From assembly GCF_009914755.1 (NCBI RefSeq), contig NC_060925.1: a stretch of DNA of 64,000 nucleotides. One strand, given 5' to 3'. Shown here one piece after another: positions 1 to 14,978 of this stretch. The position numbers were made by a program, and so were the translations under genes. Within the stretch, counting starts at the first letter, position 1. Each line of letters begins with the position of its first letter. This stretch comes from the human T2T-CHM13v2.0 reference genome, Homo sapiens. The notes beneath the pieces were generated by a model, which saw only the letters and a list, made by a program, of their open reading frames with translations, was not told where the DNA came from and made no database searches.

Positions 1-46
1 TCCTCTTCATGGATTCTTTCCCATCTACTCTTCCCTACTGCTAACT

Positions 47-355
47 CTTTTTTTTTTTTTTTTTAAAGACAAGGTCTGGCTCTGTTGCCCAGTCTGGAGT
101 GCAGTGGCACGATCATAGCTCACAGTATCACAGTAGCCTCTAACTCCTGGGCTCAAGCAATCTTCCTGCCTCAGTTTCCTAAGTAGCTGGAACTACAGGT
201 AGGCACAATGATGACCGGCTAATTTATTTTAAATTTTTTGTAGAGACAAGATCTCTCTATGTTTCCCAGGCTGATCTTGAGCTCCTGGCTTCAAACCATC
301 CTCCTGCCTTGGCCTCCCAAAGTGCTGGGATTACAGGCATGAGCCACTGTGCCCA
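47..355 (-). mobile_element. Alu (AluJ-like)
   Basis: Poly-T followed by a reverse-complement Alu dimer, diverged. Confidence 0.9.
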
Positions 356-1042
356 CCACTGAACTCTTATTTATCCTTCAGGCTTCAGCTAACTCTCACT
401 TTCCCAAAGTGGCCTTTTGGCCCTTCCAATCTAAATTAGGTGTCTATTTTTACATGCAGATAACACACTTGCTTTTCCTTTCCTCTATTAGAAGGTAAGC
501 TGTGTGCAGACAGGGACAATGCTTTGCTCATCTCTGGCACACAATTAGTTCTTAGTTTCATGAATTAATAAACGTGAGAGGGATATCCACATGTTCCTCT
601 CTAAAGTTCTGTATTGCATGAATTTGTTTATCTACAAGCATGCACTACTTTTTTCATTTTCACTGTTTTAAACCTACTTGTTAAGAATAGAAATAATTCA
701 AAAGTACATAGAATAAAAGATGAAAGTCTTCCCCATACATGTGTAGAAATCTCACTTCTTTTTAATAGCTATGTAATGTTCCAAAGTATGGTTATACCAT
801 TTAAAACATTATTTAATCATTAATGGGAGTTTTGGCTTCCCCACCCCCCACCAGTGTTTTAATGTTTTTCTATTTAAAGTACTGCATTATACCTTGGCAC
901 ATATTATGTGATTGTTGCTGAAGGTTGGATTCTTAGAAAATTCAGCTGTTAGGAAATAGGTCATGTGTATTTTAGATGCGGAGTTCATCTGTCTTATTCC
1001 AAAAAGATGTATGCAAATACCTATTGTCATTGCAGCAAATGA

Positions 1043-1797
<755 letters not shown>

Positions 1798-1934
1798 TAG
1801 CTATTTGTGTGTCTTGTGCTGTGAATTCCTGGTTATACTCTTTGCCCATTTTTATTTTTTGCTTTATTGATTTGTAGTAACTCCTTATGTATGTATGACA
1901 TGGAAATAATTCATTGGAAAGTTATAAATAACGT

Positions 1935-2075
1935 TTAGGGGTGATGGGTATGCTCATTCTTTATTGTAGTGACGGTTTCACAGGTGTATACTTATGTCAA
2001 AACTCATCAAGTTGTACACTTTAAATATGTGAAGCTTATTGTATGTCAATCATATCTCAAAGCTGTTTAAAAAGA
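1935..2075 (+). mobile_element. Old L1 (L1M) 3' end
   Basis: Typical L1M 3'UTR terminus (gtcaaaactcatcaagttgtacactttaaatatgtg...aaagctgtttaaaaa). Confidence 0.7.
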
Positions 2076-2207
2076 AAAGTTACAAAATTTGTAATATAAA
2101 TATTGCCTCCCAGATGTCCTTTTTCTTTAGACTTCACTAACTTTTTTCTGTCTATAAAAGTTTTATAGTTACATGTCAATTATTTATATTTTGTTCTGGA
2201 GTTATCT

Positions 2208-2390
2208 TAGCTCTGTGACTTTGGCAAGTTACCTAACCTCCCTGTGCTTCAGTTTTCTTACATAAAACAAGGATAAGAGTACTTACTGCATAGGGTTGTT
2301 GTGAGGATTAAATGAATTAATACACATTAGAAGTTCTTAGAATGGTAATCACCACAGGACATGGTGCAATAAATACTAACTATTACCATT
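2208..2390 (+). mobile_element. MIR
   Basis: MIR core: tgtgactttggcaagttacctaacctc...gggttgttgtgaggattaaatga. Confidence 0.8.
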
Positions 2391-2824
2391 TTCTGTGATC
2401 TCAGATCTATCTTACTTAGGAAAACGTTCTCTGCCTCACTATTATAAGATATTTTCCTTTATTTTCTTCTGGTAATTTTATAGTTTCTAATGTTTAGTTC
2501 TTTTAGTCCATTTAAAAGTTACTCTTGTAGATTGTGTGAGAAACAAGTAAAATTGTGTTATTTTCCCAGTGGAGAGACACTTGTTCAAATACTATTTATG
2601 GCATAATCCATCATTTCTGCACTACTTTGAAACATCATCTCATTTAAATTATGCATGTCTATGTACAAGATGATTCCTACGTACAGATGTGTCATTTGCT
2701 GTGTATGTTCATTCCTCTGCTAATGCTTTCTACCGGTAAATTGGAAGAGCTTCTCTCCAATTGTAATCCTGCCATAATTATTGGTAATTTCAACATTCAA
2801 ATAGACAATTTTCTGGTACCTTGG

Positions 2825-3478
2825 TGCTATGGTTTGAATGTTTGTGTCCCCTCCAAAATTCATAGGTTGAAACTTAATCCCCAATGTGATAGTGTTGGGA
2901 GGTGGGGCCTTTAAGAGGTAATTAAGTTAAGAGGGCAGAGCCCTCATGAATGGATTAATGCCATTATAAAAAAAGGCTTGAAAAAGTGGGTTCACTCTCT
3001 CTTATCCTCTAGCCTTCCACCACGTGATGACACAAGAAGGTCCTTGTACGATGTTGGCACCTTGATCTTGGACTTCCCATCCTCCAGAACAGTGAGCTAA
3101 TACGTTTTCTTTTTTTTTTTTTTTTTTGAGGTGGAGTCTGACTCCATCACCCAGGATGAAGTGTAGTGGCACCATCTTGGCTCACTGCAACCTCCGCCTC
3201 CCAGGTTCAAGCGATTCTCATGCCTCCCTCCTGGGTAGTTGGGATTACAGGCATGTGCCACCATGCCTGGCTATTTTTTGTATTTTTAGTAGAGACGGGG
3301 TTTCACCATGTTAGCCAGGCTGGTCTTGAACTCCCTGGTCTCAAGTGATCTGCCCGCCTTGGCCTCCCAAAGTGTTGGGATTACAGGTATGAGCCACTGC
3401 ATGCAGCTAAATTTCTGTTCATTATAAATTACCCAGTCCCAGGTATTCTGTTATAGCAGCACAAAACAGACTGAGACA
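2825..3478 (+). mobile_element. MaLR solo LTR (MLT1A/MSTD-like), interrupted by an Alu
   Basis: TGCTATGGTTTGAATG start and CTGAGACA end; near-TSD CTTGG/CTTGA. Confidence 0.85.
3105..3407 (-). mobile_element. Alu (AluS-like)
   Basis: Poly-T plus Alu dimer inside the MaLR LTR. Confidence 0.92.
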
Positions 3479-4275
3479 CTTGATCTCTTGGTTCCTTGAC
3501 TTCCTCTTTCACTACTGGTCCTCCACCCTGCTTCATCCACTCAAGGCCATCATTTTGCTATAGACCTGATCATGACCAATAGCTCTGACATCGCTATAAC
3601 CTCAATGTAAGCAATTTACCTCTTAGATTGCCACCTCTAATTTTTCCAGCTCATTCCTCTTTTTCTACTCTGACAATTATTCAACCCACCAGGACCTATA
3701 ATCTAATGACCTTTCTATATTTTCATTGCCCTTATATTCCACTCTAACCAGCTTATGTTCTATGGTTCATCATTGTCATTCCCTTGCACACTTCCTCAAC
3801 TCTTGTGCCCTTGACCTACTTCTTCATATCACTTGGGCAACTCTCGACCATAGTTAACTCCAATTGTCCATATGCTCCCTGCTTTTCCTGTGCAACTGAA
3901 TGAGTTTGGAGAAAAGCACAAGACAGGCTGACTAGTCTCATCTTATATTCATGGGCACTAAGCTCAAGTGGACCCTTGCGGTTGCAGGTAAAGCCCGTAA
4001 TCCATTGACCCTCCTGTCCCATTTAACACTTTCTTATCTCTCCTCAAAAGACTTGAACAACCACTTCATAAAATAAAATATCCAAACAGCCATGAACTGT
4101 AGGAAAATATGCTCAACCTTATTGGTCATCAAGGGAATGAAAATCAAAACCGTGGTGTGGCACCATGACACAATCATCAGAATGGCCAAAATTTAAAAGG
4201 CTTATGACAGTACCAGGTGGGTAGGGAACAACTGGATTGCCCTTCTGTAGGAGTGGAAATTGGTACAAAACTTTT

Positions 4276-5530
4276 TTGGTGCAACAAGTAATTGTGGTTT
4301 CAAACCGTGAATTTTAAATCATTGTAACTAGACTCAAACACATTTTTATTAATCAAAATAGGAACCATTGCAATCAACACATTTTTGCCAAAGAGAAATA
4401 AATTTAATCCTGTAGCATAAAAATCTGTCCTTTGGAATTTGACAAACTCTTGGAAAGCATTTTCTGCATCCTGCTCATTGTGGATTGTCTTCCCTGCAAA
4501 ACGTTGTTGAGATGTTTGAAGAAGTGGTAGTTGGTTGGTGAGAGGTCAGGTGAATGTGGCAGATGAGGCAAAATTTTGTAGTACAATTCGTTCAACTTTT
4601 GAAGCGTTGGTTGTGCAATGTGTGGTCGGGCATTGTTGTGGAGAAGAATTGGGCCCTCTCTGTTGACTAATGCCGGCTGTAGGCATTGCAGTTTTCAGTG
4701 TATATCATCACTTTGCTGAGCATACTTCACACATGTAATGGTTTCGCTGGGATTCAGAACTCTAAAGTGGATTAGACCAGACCAGCAGTAGACCACCAAA
4801 CAGTGACCATAACCTTTTTTTGGTGCGAGTTTGGCTTTGGGAACTGTTTTGGAGTTTCTTCTTGGTCCAACCATTGAGCTGGTCGTCGCCGGCTGTTGTA
4901 TAAAATCCACTTTTAGTGGCATGTCACAATCTGATCGAGAAATGGTTCATTGTTGCATAGAATAAGAGAAGACAACACTTCAAAATGACAATTTTTTTGA
5001 TTTTCGCTTAGCTCATGAGGCACCCACTTATTGAGCTTTTTCACCTTTCCAACTTACTTCAAATGCTGAACGACCGTAGAATGGTTGACACTGAGTTCTT
5101 CAGCAACTTCTCTTGTAGTTGTAAGGGGATCAGCTTCAATGATTGCTCTCCATTGGTCGTTGTCATCTTCCAACGGCCTGCCACTACACTCCTCATCTTC
5201 AAGGCTCTTGTTTCCTTTGCAAAACTTCTTGAACCACCACTGCACTGTACATTCGTTAGCAGTGCCTGGGCCAAATGCGTTGTTGATGTTGCGAGTCATC
5301 TTCTCTGCTGCTTTACGACCTATTTTGAACTTGAATAAGAAAATCACTTGAATCTGCTTTTTGTCTAACATCATTTCCATAGTCTAAAATAAACATAAAA
5401 TAAACAGCAAGTAATAAGTCATTAGCAAAATAAAAGCGAGAAATGCCCATTAAAATGATGTATAACATAACTACATTTATTTGAGAATGTATTCCAATAT
5501 CAAATGGCAAATTCCGACAATGCAAAAATC
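4276..5530 (-). mobile_element. Hsmar1 mariner DNA transposon, near full length
   Basis: TIR remnant TTGGTGCAACAAGTAATTGTGGTTT at 4276; transposase homology throughout. Confidence 0.95.
4349..5380 (-). pseudogene. Hsmar1 transposase pseudogene (SETMAR-related family)
   Basis: MEMMLDKKQI... N-terminus, WVPHEL, HSPDLSPTNY and the terminal GSYFD-stop. The span is 1032 nt, but there are premature stops (5054-5056, 4913-4915). Confidence 0.93.
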
Positions 5531-5707
5531 TACTAAAGCCAAAACTAAACTTTCCTTATGATCCAGCAGTTTCATACATAGTTATATACCAAACAGAAAT
5601 GCATACATTTGTGTACCAAAAGACATGTAGAAGCATATCCATAGTAACATTAAATACTGTAGCACAATCATTAAACAGGCCAAATGCTTATCTATCAAGA
5701 ATAGAAT

Positions 5708-6025
<318 letters not shown>

Positions 6026-6409
6026 TCAATGAAAATGAATGCACTGTCGCTACATTTATCCCACAAACAACGTTGAGTAAAAGAAGTTATACTATATTAT
6101 TCTACTATATAAGTTTCAAAGCAGACAACAATTAACTTATGGTTAGAAGAGTGGTTACCTTTGAGAAGGAATGAGTGGGTAACACCTGAGAGGGAGCATG
6201 TGGAGTCTCTGGGATGCTGGCAATGTCTTTTTTCCTGATTTAGGTAGTGGTTACATTAATATGTGAACTTGTGAAGACTTCCTGTGTTGTACATTCATGA
6301 TCTGTGCACTCCTTTCTATGTATGTTACACTTTAACAAAAAGTTATTATATATGTGTGCATGCATATATGTGTAGTATGTACGTATGTATATATATAATG
6401 TTTTTATAT

Positions 6410-7260
6410 TCCTCTCCCCACTTGGAAATGACCCACTTTAATTTCCAGCTATTATGTCATTTATCTCCTTCACTTTACAGCCAAACTTTACAAATTTGCT
6501 AATGTTTGCAGTCTCCAAGTTCTTAACCCCAACATTCTCCTGAAATTGCTCTTGTCAGGGTCACTTACCAATGACCTCCATATTGCAAAACTCGCTGGTC
6601 AATCTCAGACCTTACTGTACTTGACCCGTCAGCAGAATTGGACACATCCAACCCCTCTCTTAGGCACATCTTCCTCATTTGACTTTCAGGATGCCACTCT
6701 TCTGGTTCTCCTCTTACCTCTCTGGACTCTCTTCTCAGACCCCTGTGCTAGTCTCTCTTCATTTCCCAGGCCTCTAAATATTGGTTTACTCCAGGGTTCA
6801 GTTCAGTTCAGGACCTCTTCTCTATCTTGCTCCATTAATGTCATCGATGGTCATACAGCTTCTACCTCTACACTGATAACTCCCAAATGTATACCTGCCT
6901 CTCAAATAAATCTCTTTCCTGAGAGGCCTCATATATATAATTTCAACTTGATGTTTAATAGGCATCTCAAACCCAGCATCCTGAAGAAAACTCCTCATAT
7001 CCTCCTATCCCCTCAAATCTGCACCTCCTCACTAAGGGCTGACTCTGTTCTTCTAGGTGCTCAGGTCAAATACCTTGCAGTCATCTCTGACTCTTCTCTT
7101 TCTCTTACTTCCGAAATCCAGTCTATAAGCAAATCATTAGTCTCTACCACTTCTTATCACATCCACAGCTGTTACTCTGGGGCAAGCCGCCTTCATTGCT
7201 CTCCTGGACTGTTACATTCACCCCCTAACAGGTCTCCCCCTTTCTATCTTACCTCCTTCT
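6410..7260 (+). mobile_element. L2 ORF2 reverse-transcriptase region
   Basis: Remnant motifs TNDLHIAK, IGLLQGSV and KYLAVISDSSLS; YADD-like YTDN in another frame. Confidence 0.8.
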
Positions 7261-7261
7261 T

Positions 7262-7760
7262 TCAGTCAGGATCCACCCAGGAAAACAGAAGCCATTCCAT
7301 GAAGGGATGCAGTACTGGAAACTGGTTACAAGGTGACAGAATTGCTGAGATGCCAAACAGGGGAGGGGAGGCCACCCAGCGATCACCAACAGCAGGAAGT
7401 GGTGACCACCCCTAGGCTGTAGAGATAACAGGAAAAGGTGGCGTTACCCACACCCAGGGGCCAGAGGGACTCTGAAAGAAGCAGAAACCCAGGCAGGCCT
7501 CTTTAACAGGAGCTGGAGGCAGCAAGCAGAGACCAGGAATGCCTGGCTGCAGAAAGGAGGGAGGAAGAGCCAAGACTCCCTTCTCCCAGCCCTCTCATCT
7601 ACTTTGGCCTCTCATTGGCCAGATGCTGTCAAACGGCAGTGGACACAGGATCCCTGGAAACAGGCCACAGGGTCAGTTCCCTGCCATAGAGCAAGAGAAG
7701 GGTAAGAAATGGATCCAAACAAAGACGCCAAGGGCTAGCACCCAACCCCAGCCATAGAAT
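7262..7760. mobile_element. Probable old ERVL-type LTR
   Basis: Purine-rich, LTR-like segment interrupting the L2; family not resolved. Confidence 0.35.
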
Positions 7761-7769
7761 GCTCTTCCC

Positions 7770-9072
<1,303 letters not shown>

Positions 9073-9074
9073 GT

Positions 9075-9425
9075 CACCCACAGCAGACAGTGGTGCTTTT
9101 AAAATGTAAGTCAAATTGTGCACCACTCTGCTCTAGGCTCTCAAAAGGCTTGGTGTCTTGTCCAGTGTAAAAGCCAAAGCCCTCACAATCACTTCTCAGG
9201 CTCACCGTGGGCTGGCCTCATCCCCATCACTCCTTGCTGACCCATCTCCTGGTCCCTCCTCCTGACTCTGCTACTCAGAGCACCTTGCCCTTTTGCTGTT
9301 CCTCTAGCATTCTTACCACGGGGCCTTTGCTCTTGCTTTTCTCTCCATCTGAAACCCGATTCTCCCAGATACTTGCTTATATTGCGCCTGCTCTTCCCTC
9401 AGGTCTTCATTCAAATATTACCTTC
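9075..9425 (+). mobile_element. L2 3' region
   Basis: cttttaaaatgtaagtcaaat...gtaaaagccaaagccctcacaat, typical of the L2 3' end. Confidence 0.7.
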
Positions 9426-9856
9426 TGTATTCGTCTCCAACTGCGGCTATAGCAAATTACCACAAATTTAGTGGCTTAAAACAACACAGATTTATGATCT
9501 TATCATTTCAGAGATCCGAAGTCCAAATTGGGTTGACAAGGCTGCATTCCTTCTGGGGGCTCTAGGGTAGAATCCATTTTTGTGCCTTTTCCAGTTTCCA
9601 GAGGTCACCCACATTCCTTGGCTCATGGCCACATCGCTCTGATCCTGACTCTCCTGCCTCCTTCCTTTCCCTTGTAAGGATGCTTGTGATTGCATGGAGT
9701 CTAGTTGGATAATCCAGGGTCATCTTTCCCCTTGAGATCCTTAACTTCCTTATACCAGCAGAGTTTCTTTTGCCATGTTGGGCAACATGTTCATAAGCTC
9801 TGGGGATTAGGATATGGACATCTTGGGGTTTGGAGGCACATTATTCAGGGTACTGT
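9426..9856 (-). mobile_element. MLT1 (C/D/E-like) LTR
   Basis: aaattaccacaaatttagtggcttaaaacaacac...gggattaggatatggacatctt. Confidence 0.8.
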
Positions 9857-9886
9857 ATCTTCCAAGTAGAACACTCCCTGACCATC

Positions 9887-10653
9887 TGATATGGTTTGGC
9901 TCTGTATCCCCACCTGTATTAGCCAGGCATTAGTCCATTCTCATGCTACTAATAAAGACATACCCAAGACTGGGTAATTTATAAAGAAAAGAGGTTTAAT
10001 TGACTCACAGTTCCACATGGCTGGGGAGGCCTCAGGAAACTTACAATCACAGCAGAAGGGGAAGAAAACACATCCTTCTTCACATGGCGGCAAGAGGAAG
10101 TGCTAAGCAAGGGGAAAGCCCCTTATAAAACCATCAAATTTTGTGAGAACTCACTCACTATCATGAGAACAGTATAGGTGTAACCATCCCCATGATTCAA
10201 TTACCTCTTACGAGGTCCCTCCCACGACATGTGGGGATTATGGGAACTGCAGTTCAAGATGAGATTTGAGTGGGGACACAGCCAAACGATATCACCACCC
10301 AAGTATCATGTTGAATTGTAATCCTCAGTGTTGGGGGAGGGACCTGGTAGGAGGTGACTGGATCATGGAGGCAGATCTCCCCCTGGCTCTTCTCATAATT
10401 GTAAGTTCTCACGAGATCTGGTTGTTTGAAAGTGTGTAGTACTTCCCTCCTTGCTCGCTGTCTCTCCTGACAGCCATGTGAAGAGCATGCCTCCTTCCCC
10501 TTCCCCTTCCGCCATGATTGGAAGTTTCCTGAGGACTTTCAAGTAGCTGATGCCTGTACAGCCTGCAGAACCATGAGCCAATAAGCATCTTTTCTTTATA
10601 AATTACCCAGTCTCAGGTATGTCTTTATAGTAGTGTGAGAATGGACTAACATA
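9887..10653 (+). mobile_element. MSTA-like MaLR LTR, interrupted by THE1
   Basis: TGATATGGTTTGGCT start; TSD CCATC at 9882-9886 and 10654-10658. Confidence 0.88.
9915..10294 (-). mobile_element. THE1 (C/D-like) solo LTR
   Basis: Complete reverse-complement THE1 LTR; perfect TSD CCACC at 9910-9914 and 10295-10299. Confidence 0.9.
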
Positions 10654-10766
10654 CCATCCCTTCAAAATGCTGGGCATAGTGGACATCTTATCTTGTCCCT
10701 GCCTGAGAAAGAATGCTTGCTTTCTGGGGCTCACAGATATGTATGTTTTGCTGCAGTTATAGACCT

Positions 10767-11145
10767 TTATCAGTTGGGGTCCTACCAGACAAACAACCAC
10801 TAGGACATACATATTAAGAGATTTATTTCAAGAATTGGTTTATATGATTGAGGAGGCTGGATAGGCATGTCCAAAACTTATAGGGCAGGTGGTCAGGAAG
10901 GTCCTGAGCTGTAGCTGTAGTCCAGAAGTTGAATTTCTTCTGGAAAGTCTCAATACTGCTCATAAAGGCTTTCACCTGATTGATTCAGGCTCACCCAGAT
11001 TGTCTAAGATAATCTCGCTTAATTAAAGTCACCTGATTATGAACTTTACTTACAGCTATAAAATATTCTCACCACACCTAGGTTAGTGTTTGATTGAATA
11101 ACTGGGACTATAGTTTAACCAAATAGACTCATAAAGCTGACCATC
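10767..11145 (-). mobile_element. MLT2-type ERVL LTR
   Basis: gagatttatttcaagaattggtttatatgattg...taggttagtgtttgattgaataactggg. Confidence 0.7.
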
Positions 11146-11444
11146 TCTGGATCCTTTATCTGGCTAAGGAAGCTTATTACAATTTTTTAAGCCATCTATA
11201 GAGAAGATAATTTAGTATTCTCTCTTTAATGTATCACTATAGTAAATTTTAAAAATAAAATTTTGTTTGTAATGTTAAGATCTATGCTAAATTCTTGGGA
11301 TATACACCTATTTGCTCATGATTTATTTGTTTTATAATGTATAGCTAAATTAACTTTGCTACCATTTTATTTATGGGTCATATATTTATGTAATTGTGAT
11401 TGGGCTATACTTTCTCGTGTGTGTTATCTTTGTTCCACATTGGT

Positions 11445-11966
11445 ATGTCAGGGTTAGTGGCTTCAGCTGAAAATGACAATCCTGGCTGATTTAAACATTG
11501 GTTCATGGAGCTGAAGGGTATGGGGGGAAAGTGTACTTCAGGCGTGGTTGCAGTCAGGGCTCAAATGCTGTAATCAATGCTCATTTTTCTCTCCATCTCT
11601 TGGTTCTGCTTTCCCTTTATGTCCACTTTAGTCTCAGACTACACAAGGCAGGCAAATGGCTATTCCAGGATCTACTGCCTTAGTTTCAAGAGCAACTTTT
11701 TTTCCAGAAGTCACTGAAAAACCTCTTGGGTTTCATTACCCTTGGTTGGATTACATGCCCATCTCTGAATCATTCACAGTGGTGGGGAAAAACAAAGCTT
11801 GTTGAGGGTTGTGGGCCCAGTTCTGGAACTAGGAGTGGTGTCAACTTCCCTGGAAATACATAGACACAGAGTGGGGTACAGTGGGTTCCCTCCAAGGAAA
11901 ATCAGGGTGTGGTTACTCGAAGGATGAATTAACACTGAGGAGCAAAAACAACAGATGCCTACTACA
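11445..11966 (-). mobile_element. MLT1 (J/K-like) LTR
   Basis: ggaaaatcagggtgtggttac...acaacagatgcctactaca end. Confidence 0.6.
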
Positions 11967-13049
11967 GTTGTGCTAGCCCAGCAGAAGGGATTGGGAAGTT
12001 TTCTGCCTTTGTTTTGAGCTCAGTAACAATTTAAATAACAGAATGTATTTGTTCCCAGAAGGTTTGATACAACTCGCCCTTAAGTCCATTCTGGGACTGA
12101 TATCATTTTTAGAAGTAGATCTTTGCTGATTTGATTTTTTTAAAATGGTTATTAGTACTTTTACCTCTTCGTGAGCCATAAGGGGAATGACTAAATGAAA
12201 GAGCCAGCATTTGGTTTTATTTACCAAGTCTACATTTGTTTCTTGTTTCATTAATTTTGCTTTTATCTCAACTAATTCCTTCTTTCTATAGTTTTTTTCC
12301 TTCTAGTTTTCTTTTTCCCAGCTACTTGGATTCAATTCCTCTTTCCTGTTTTCTAATACATATGTTCAAGGCTACACATTTTCTACAAATACTGCATTGG
12401 CCTTGACAATTGGTTTCATCACAGGGTGCTGTCAGTAGCATTCATTTATAACATAATCTGTTGTTTTAATTCTGAGTTTCTCTTTAACCCAAGAGTTATA
12501 TAGAATGGTGTTTATAAATTTCCAAATTGTTATCATATTGGTTTGCTACTCTTTTGTCATTGATTCTAGCTTTTTACATTGTAGTCAAAAAATGCAGTCC
12601 ATATGTTTTTCACTTTTTGGAATTAAGATTTTACTTGTAGTCAGTTTTAGTGAATTGTCCATTTTTGTAAATGTGCCATAGATATTAAAAATGAATGTGT
12701 AAAGGTGTATCTTTGGTACATTGTTATATAAATCTCACACCAAAATTTTAAATTACTGTATTCAAATTATCCTATCACTTCACTTATTGTTTACTTGATC
12801 TATCAATTTCTGGGGAGGCATATTGTAAAAATCAAGTATCACTGCAAGTTTCACTTTCTCTTTGTTGTTCTAAAGCTGCTTGTCTCTATATTTTAATACT
12901 CCATTGTTTACTATGAAACTCACTTCATTGTCATAACTTCTTGGTAGATTGTACGTTTTATAAAGTCTCCTTTGTTCCATGTAGGGTTTTCATTTTGATT
13001 CTATTTAATCTGATATTAATATTTCTATGGCTTCATTATATTTTGTTAG

Positions 13050-13430
<381 letters not shown>

Positions 13431-14978
13431 TGACCTGAGCATATACACATCTACTTATGGATGTTGGTGAGGGTTCTTCCCTGATTCTGAGAGTCTCTGT
13501 AGTTTAATAGGAGAGTTGAATCCATTAACTTTTATTACAATCTCTGATATGTTTGAATGATTCCTCTGCTTTTTGTTTGATTGATCAAATTTTCTTTATT
13601 TCTGTTTTTCTCTATTTGTTGGCAAATTATATATTTGTATGACACACCTATTACACTATTACACTAATAGTATGCATTATAGTATTTTATTTTTCTAGTG
13701 TCTTACATTTTAAATAGAGTTATTTAATTGTTTTTCTTCCAATAGTGTCTTAAATCTCCTCCTACTGCTCATACTTTGTTGAAACTTTAGTTACAAATGT
13801 TATTTTATTTTATCCCTATACTTTTAAAAGAAATCATTTCTTAAACACTGTATGAGGTTTTATAGATCCATTTTCATGTATTATTCAGATTTTAGATATT
13901 TACTGGTTTCTTTCAAATTTTTGTAACCCTATGAAATTCTGTTTCTCGGATTTCTTTTTTGTTTTCCTGCAGTACGTAATTATTTTTTCAGAAGCAGTGC
14001 ATGGATAGTAAATTTTCTTTGTCCTTTATTATCTGAAAATATCTTGGATTCGCTTTCATGCTTGATAGTTTGGCTGATATAGAGTTGTAGGTTCAAAATA
14101 AGCAGAAGCATTGAGAATTTTGTTTTTATTTTGTAATTTAGAAATGTCACCAGGATGTGTGTCTTTTCAGTGTTTTCTGCTTAGCATTTGGTGGGTCTTT
14201 TTATAGTTTGAGGACTCAGATCTTTCTCTAGCTCTGCAATATACTTTAAAAATTATATTTTAAATTATTTTATCACCTCTAGTCTCTCTGTTATCTCAGC
14301 CTAGAACCCCATAAGGCAAATAGTAGGTCTTTAATTTCTCATATTTTGTATTTCTTTGTAATTTCACTCTACCTTCTAGGAGATTTCCTTGACTTTGTCT
14401 TCGTGTTTTTAATTTTCAAGGATTAAAATTTGTTAGCTTCTCTTCCATAACAATCTACTCTTATTTTATTAAAGCAAATTTCTTTTGGGTCTCTGGGAGG
14501 ATATGACCTAGAACTCCTTTAAAGTTCCCTTCTGTCTCCCACATTATCTCCATTTCCTCCAGGATGAATCATTCTGGTTTTTCATCTTGGTCTTTCTCAT
14601 ATTCTTGATTTGCTTCCAATATCTGGTGATCCATAGTGGTCATTCAGATTTATAAATTAAAAACTAGGTGGACAAATGTATTTAAGAGACTGGCGTCAGT
14701 TTCTTTCCTAGTTGTGTAGACTTGCTTCCAGGATGGGTCTTTTCCTTGAAGGGAGGCTGCCTGCAGCTCTGTGCCAGGGAGAGTGGGAGGAAGAATGAGG
14801 GAACAGCACACAAGCAGGCCTCTCGATTGCCAAAGTCAGGCAGACTTTACTCTGTGTGTGAGGTCCTGAGCAGCACTGTGTCATTGGCTTTGCTTTTTCC
14901 CCCTTTTCTAGCATCCATTGCAGGAATTTAGCTCAGTTCTGCTTCTCTGGCCTCAACACCCAGATAGTCATCCCTCCT

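Larger units (their letters stand above)
2745..4045 (+). mobile_element. L2 ORF2 endonuclease region, split by an LTR
   Basis: PAIIIGNFNIQID resembles the L2 APE motif IILGDFNIH; L2-like sequence resumes at about 3480. Confidence 0.65.

Noticed and set aside
5054-5380. 108-aa ORF as SETMAR or an active transposase
   Set aside because: No SET domain exons, premature stops and a destroyed catalytic triad; it is a dead Hsmar1 copy.
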